Positions 63,829 to 64,000 of a stretch of 64,000 nt of DNA are shown piece after piece; position 1 is the first letter of the stretch; every line of letters begins with the position of its first letter. Under the pieces are notes generated by a model, which was given only the letters and a program-made list of their open reading frames with translations, did no database searches and was not told the origin of the DNA. Origin of the DNA: the human T2T-CHM13v2.0 reference genome, Homo sapiens; contig CP086569.2 of the NCBI GenBank assembly GCA_009914755.4, forward strand, positions 2,400,001 through 2,464,000. Direction: 5' to 3'. A program made the translations under genes and the position numbers.

Positions 63829-64000
63829 CTACAGCTTTGTCCAGTGGCTGTAGCGGTCCCGTTGCTGCGGTGAGCTGGCTGCGTTGATGGGCGGTAAGTG
63901 GCCTAGCTGGTGCTCCATTCTTGAGTGTGTGGCTTTCGTACAGTCATCCCTGTACAACCTGTTGTCCAGTTGCACTTCGCTGCAGAGTACCGAAGCGGGA
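63829..64000 (-). CDS. SRY: SRY (sex-determining region Y), 3' portion of the single-exon CDS: C-terminal 57 codons plus stop. The HMG box and N-terminus lie beyond the window end.
   Basis: The reverse complement of 63829-63999 translates to PASVLCSEVQLDNRLYRDDCTKATHSRMEHQLGHLPPINAASSPQQRDRYSHWTKL*, an exact match to the human SRY C-terminus. The stop codon tag is cta on the + strand at 63829-63831. Confidence 0.93.
   Translation of the reverse strand, partial: PASVLCSEVQLDNRLYRDDCTKATHSRMEHQLGHLPPINAASSPQQRDRYSHWTKL

Overview
This window is human sex-chromosome DNA, not a prokaryotic locus. It runs from the proximal end of pseudoautosomal region 1 (PAR1) across the pseudoautosomal boundary (PAB1) into Y-specific sequence on Yp. 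On the + strand it contains the last four coding exons of CD99/MIC2 (281-331, 3227-3340, 15158-15214, 17738-17763) plus the 3'UTR. About 11 kb further on lie XG exons 1-3 (29276-29336, 47537-47578, 51559-51582); on the Y these feed the truncated XGY2/XGPY locus. An AluY-like element at 58321-58625 sits where the Y-specific Alu that defines PAB1 is expected. About 5.2 kb beyond it, the 3' end of the single-exon SRY gene lies on the - strand: stop codon at 63829-63831, with the C-terminal 57 codons (...PASVLCSEVQLDNRLYRDDCTKATHSRMEHQLGHLPPINAASSPQQRDRYSHWTKL*) reaching the window edge. The gene order CD99 - XG(1-3) - Alu - SRY, with about 5 kb between the Alu and the SRY 3' end, matches the known Yp architecture. 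The SRY match shows the window is Y rather than X. The rest is typical intronic and intergenic primate DNA: about 60 Alu elements or fragments (roughly 25-30% of the window), L1 3'-end fragments, MaLR/THE1-type LTRs, two MADE1 mariner MITEs, three polypurine/polypyrimidine GGAA/TTCC tracts of roughly 260-750 bp, several minisatellites and microsatellites, and an unusual tandem array of LTR-derived units. No prokaryotic genes, CRISPR arrays or operons are present; the long ORFs in the six-frame track are low-complexity or repeat artefacts. Nothing here looks like a previously undescribed system. The biologically notable content is the PAB1/SRY junction, a probable CD99 type II micro-exon, and several repeat-architecture oddities. 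All coordinates were derived by eye and are approximate to within a few bases for exons and about 10 bases for repeats.
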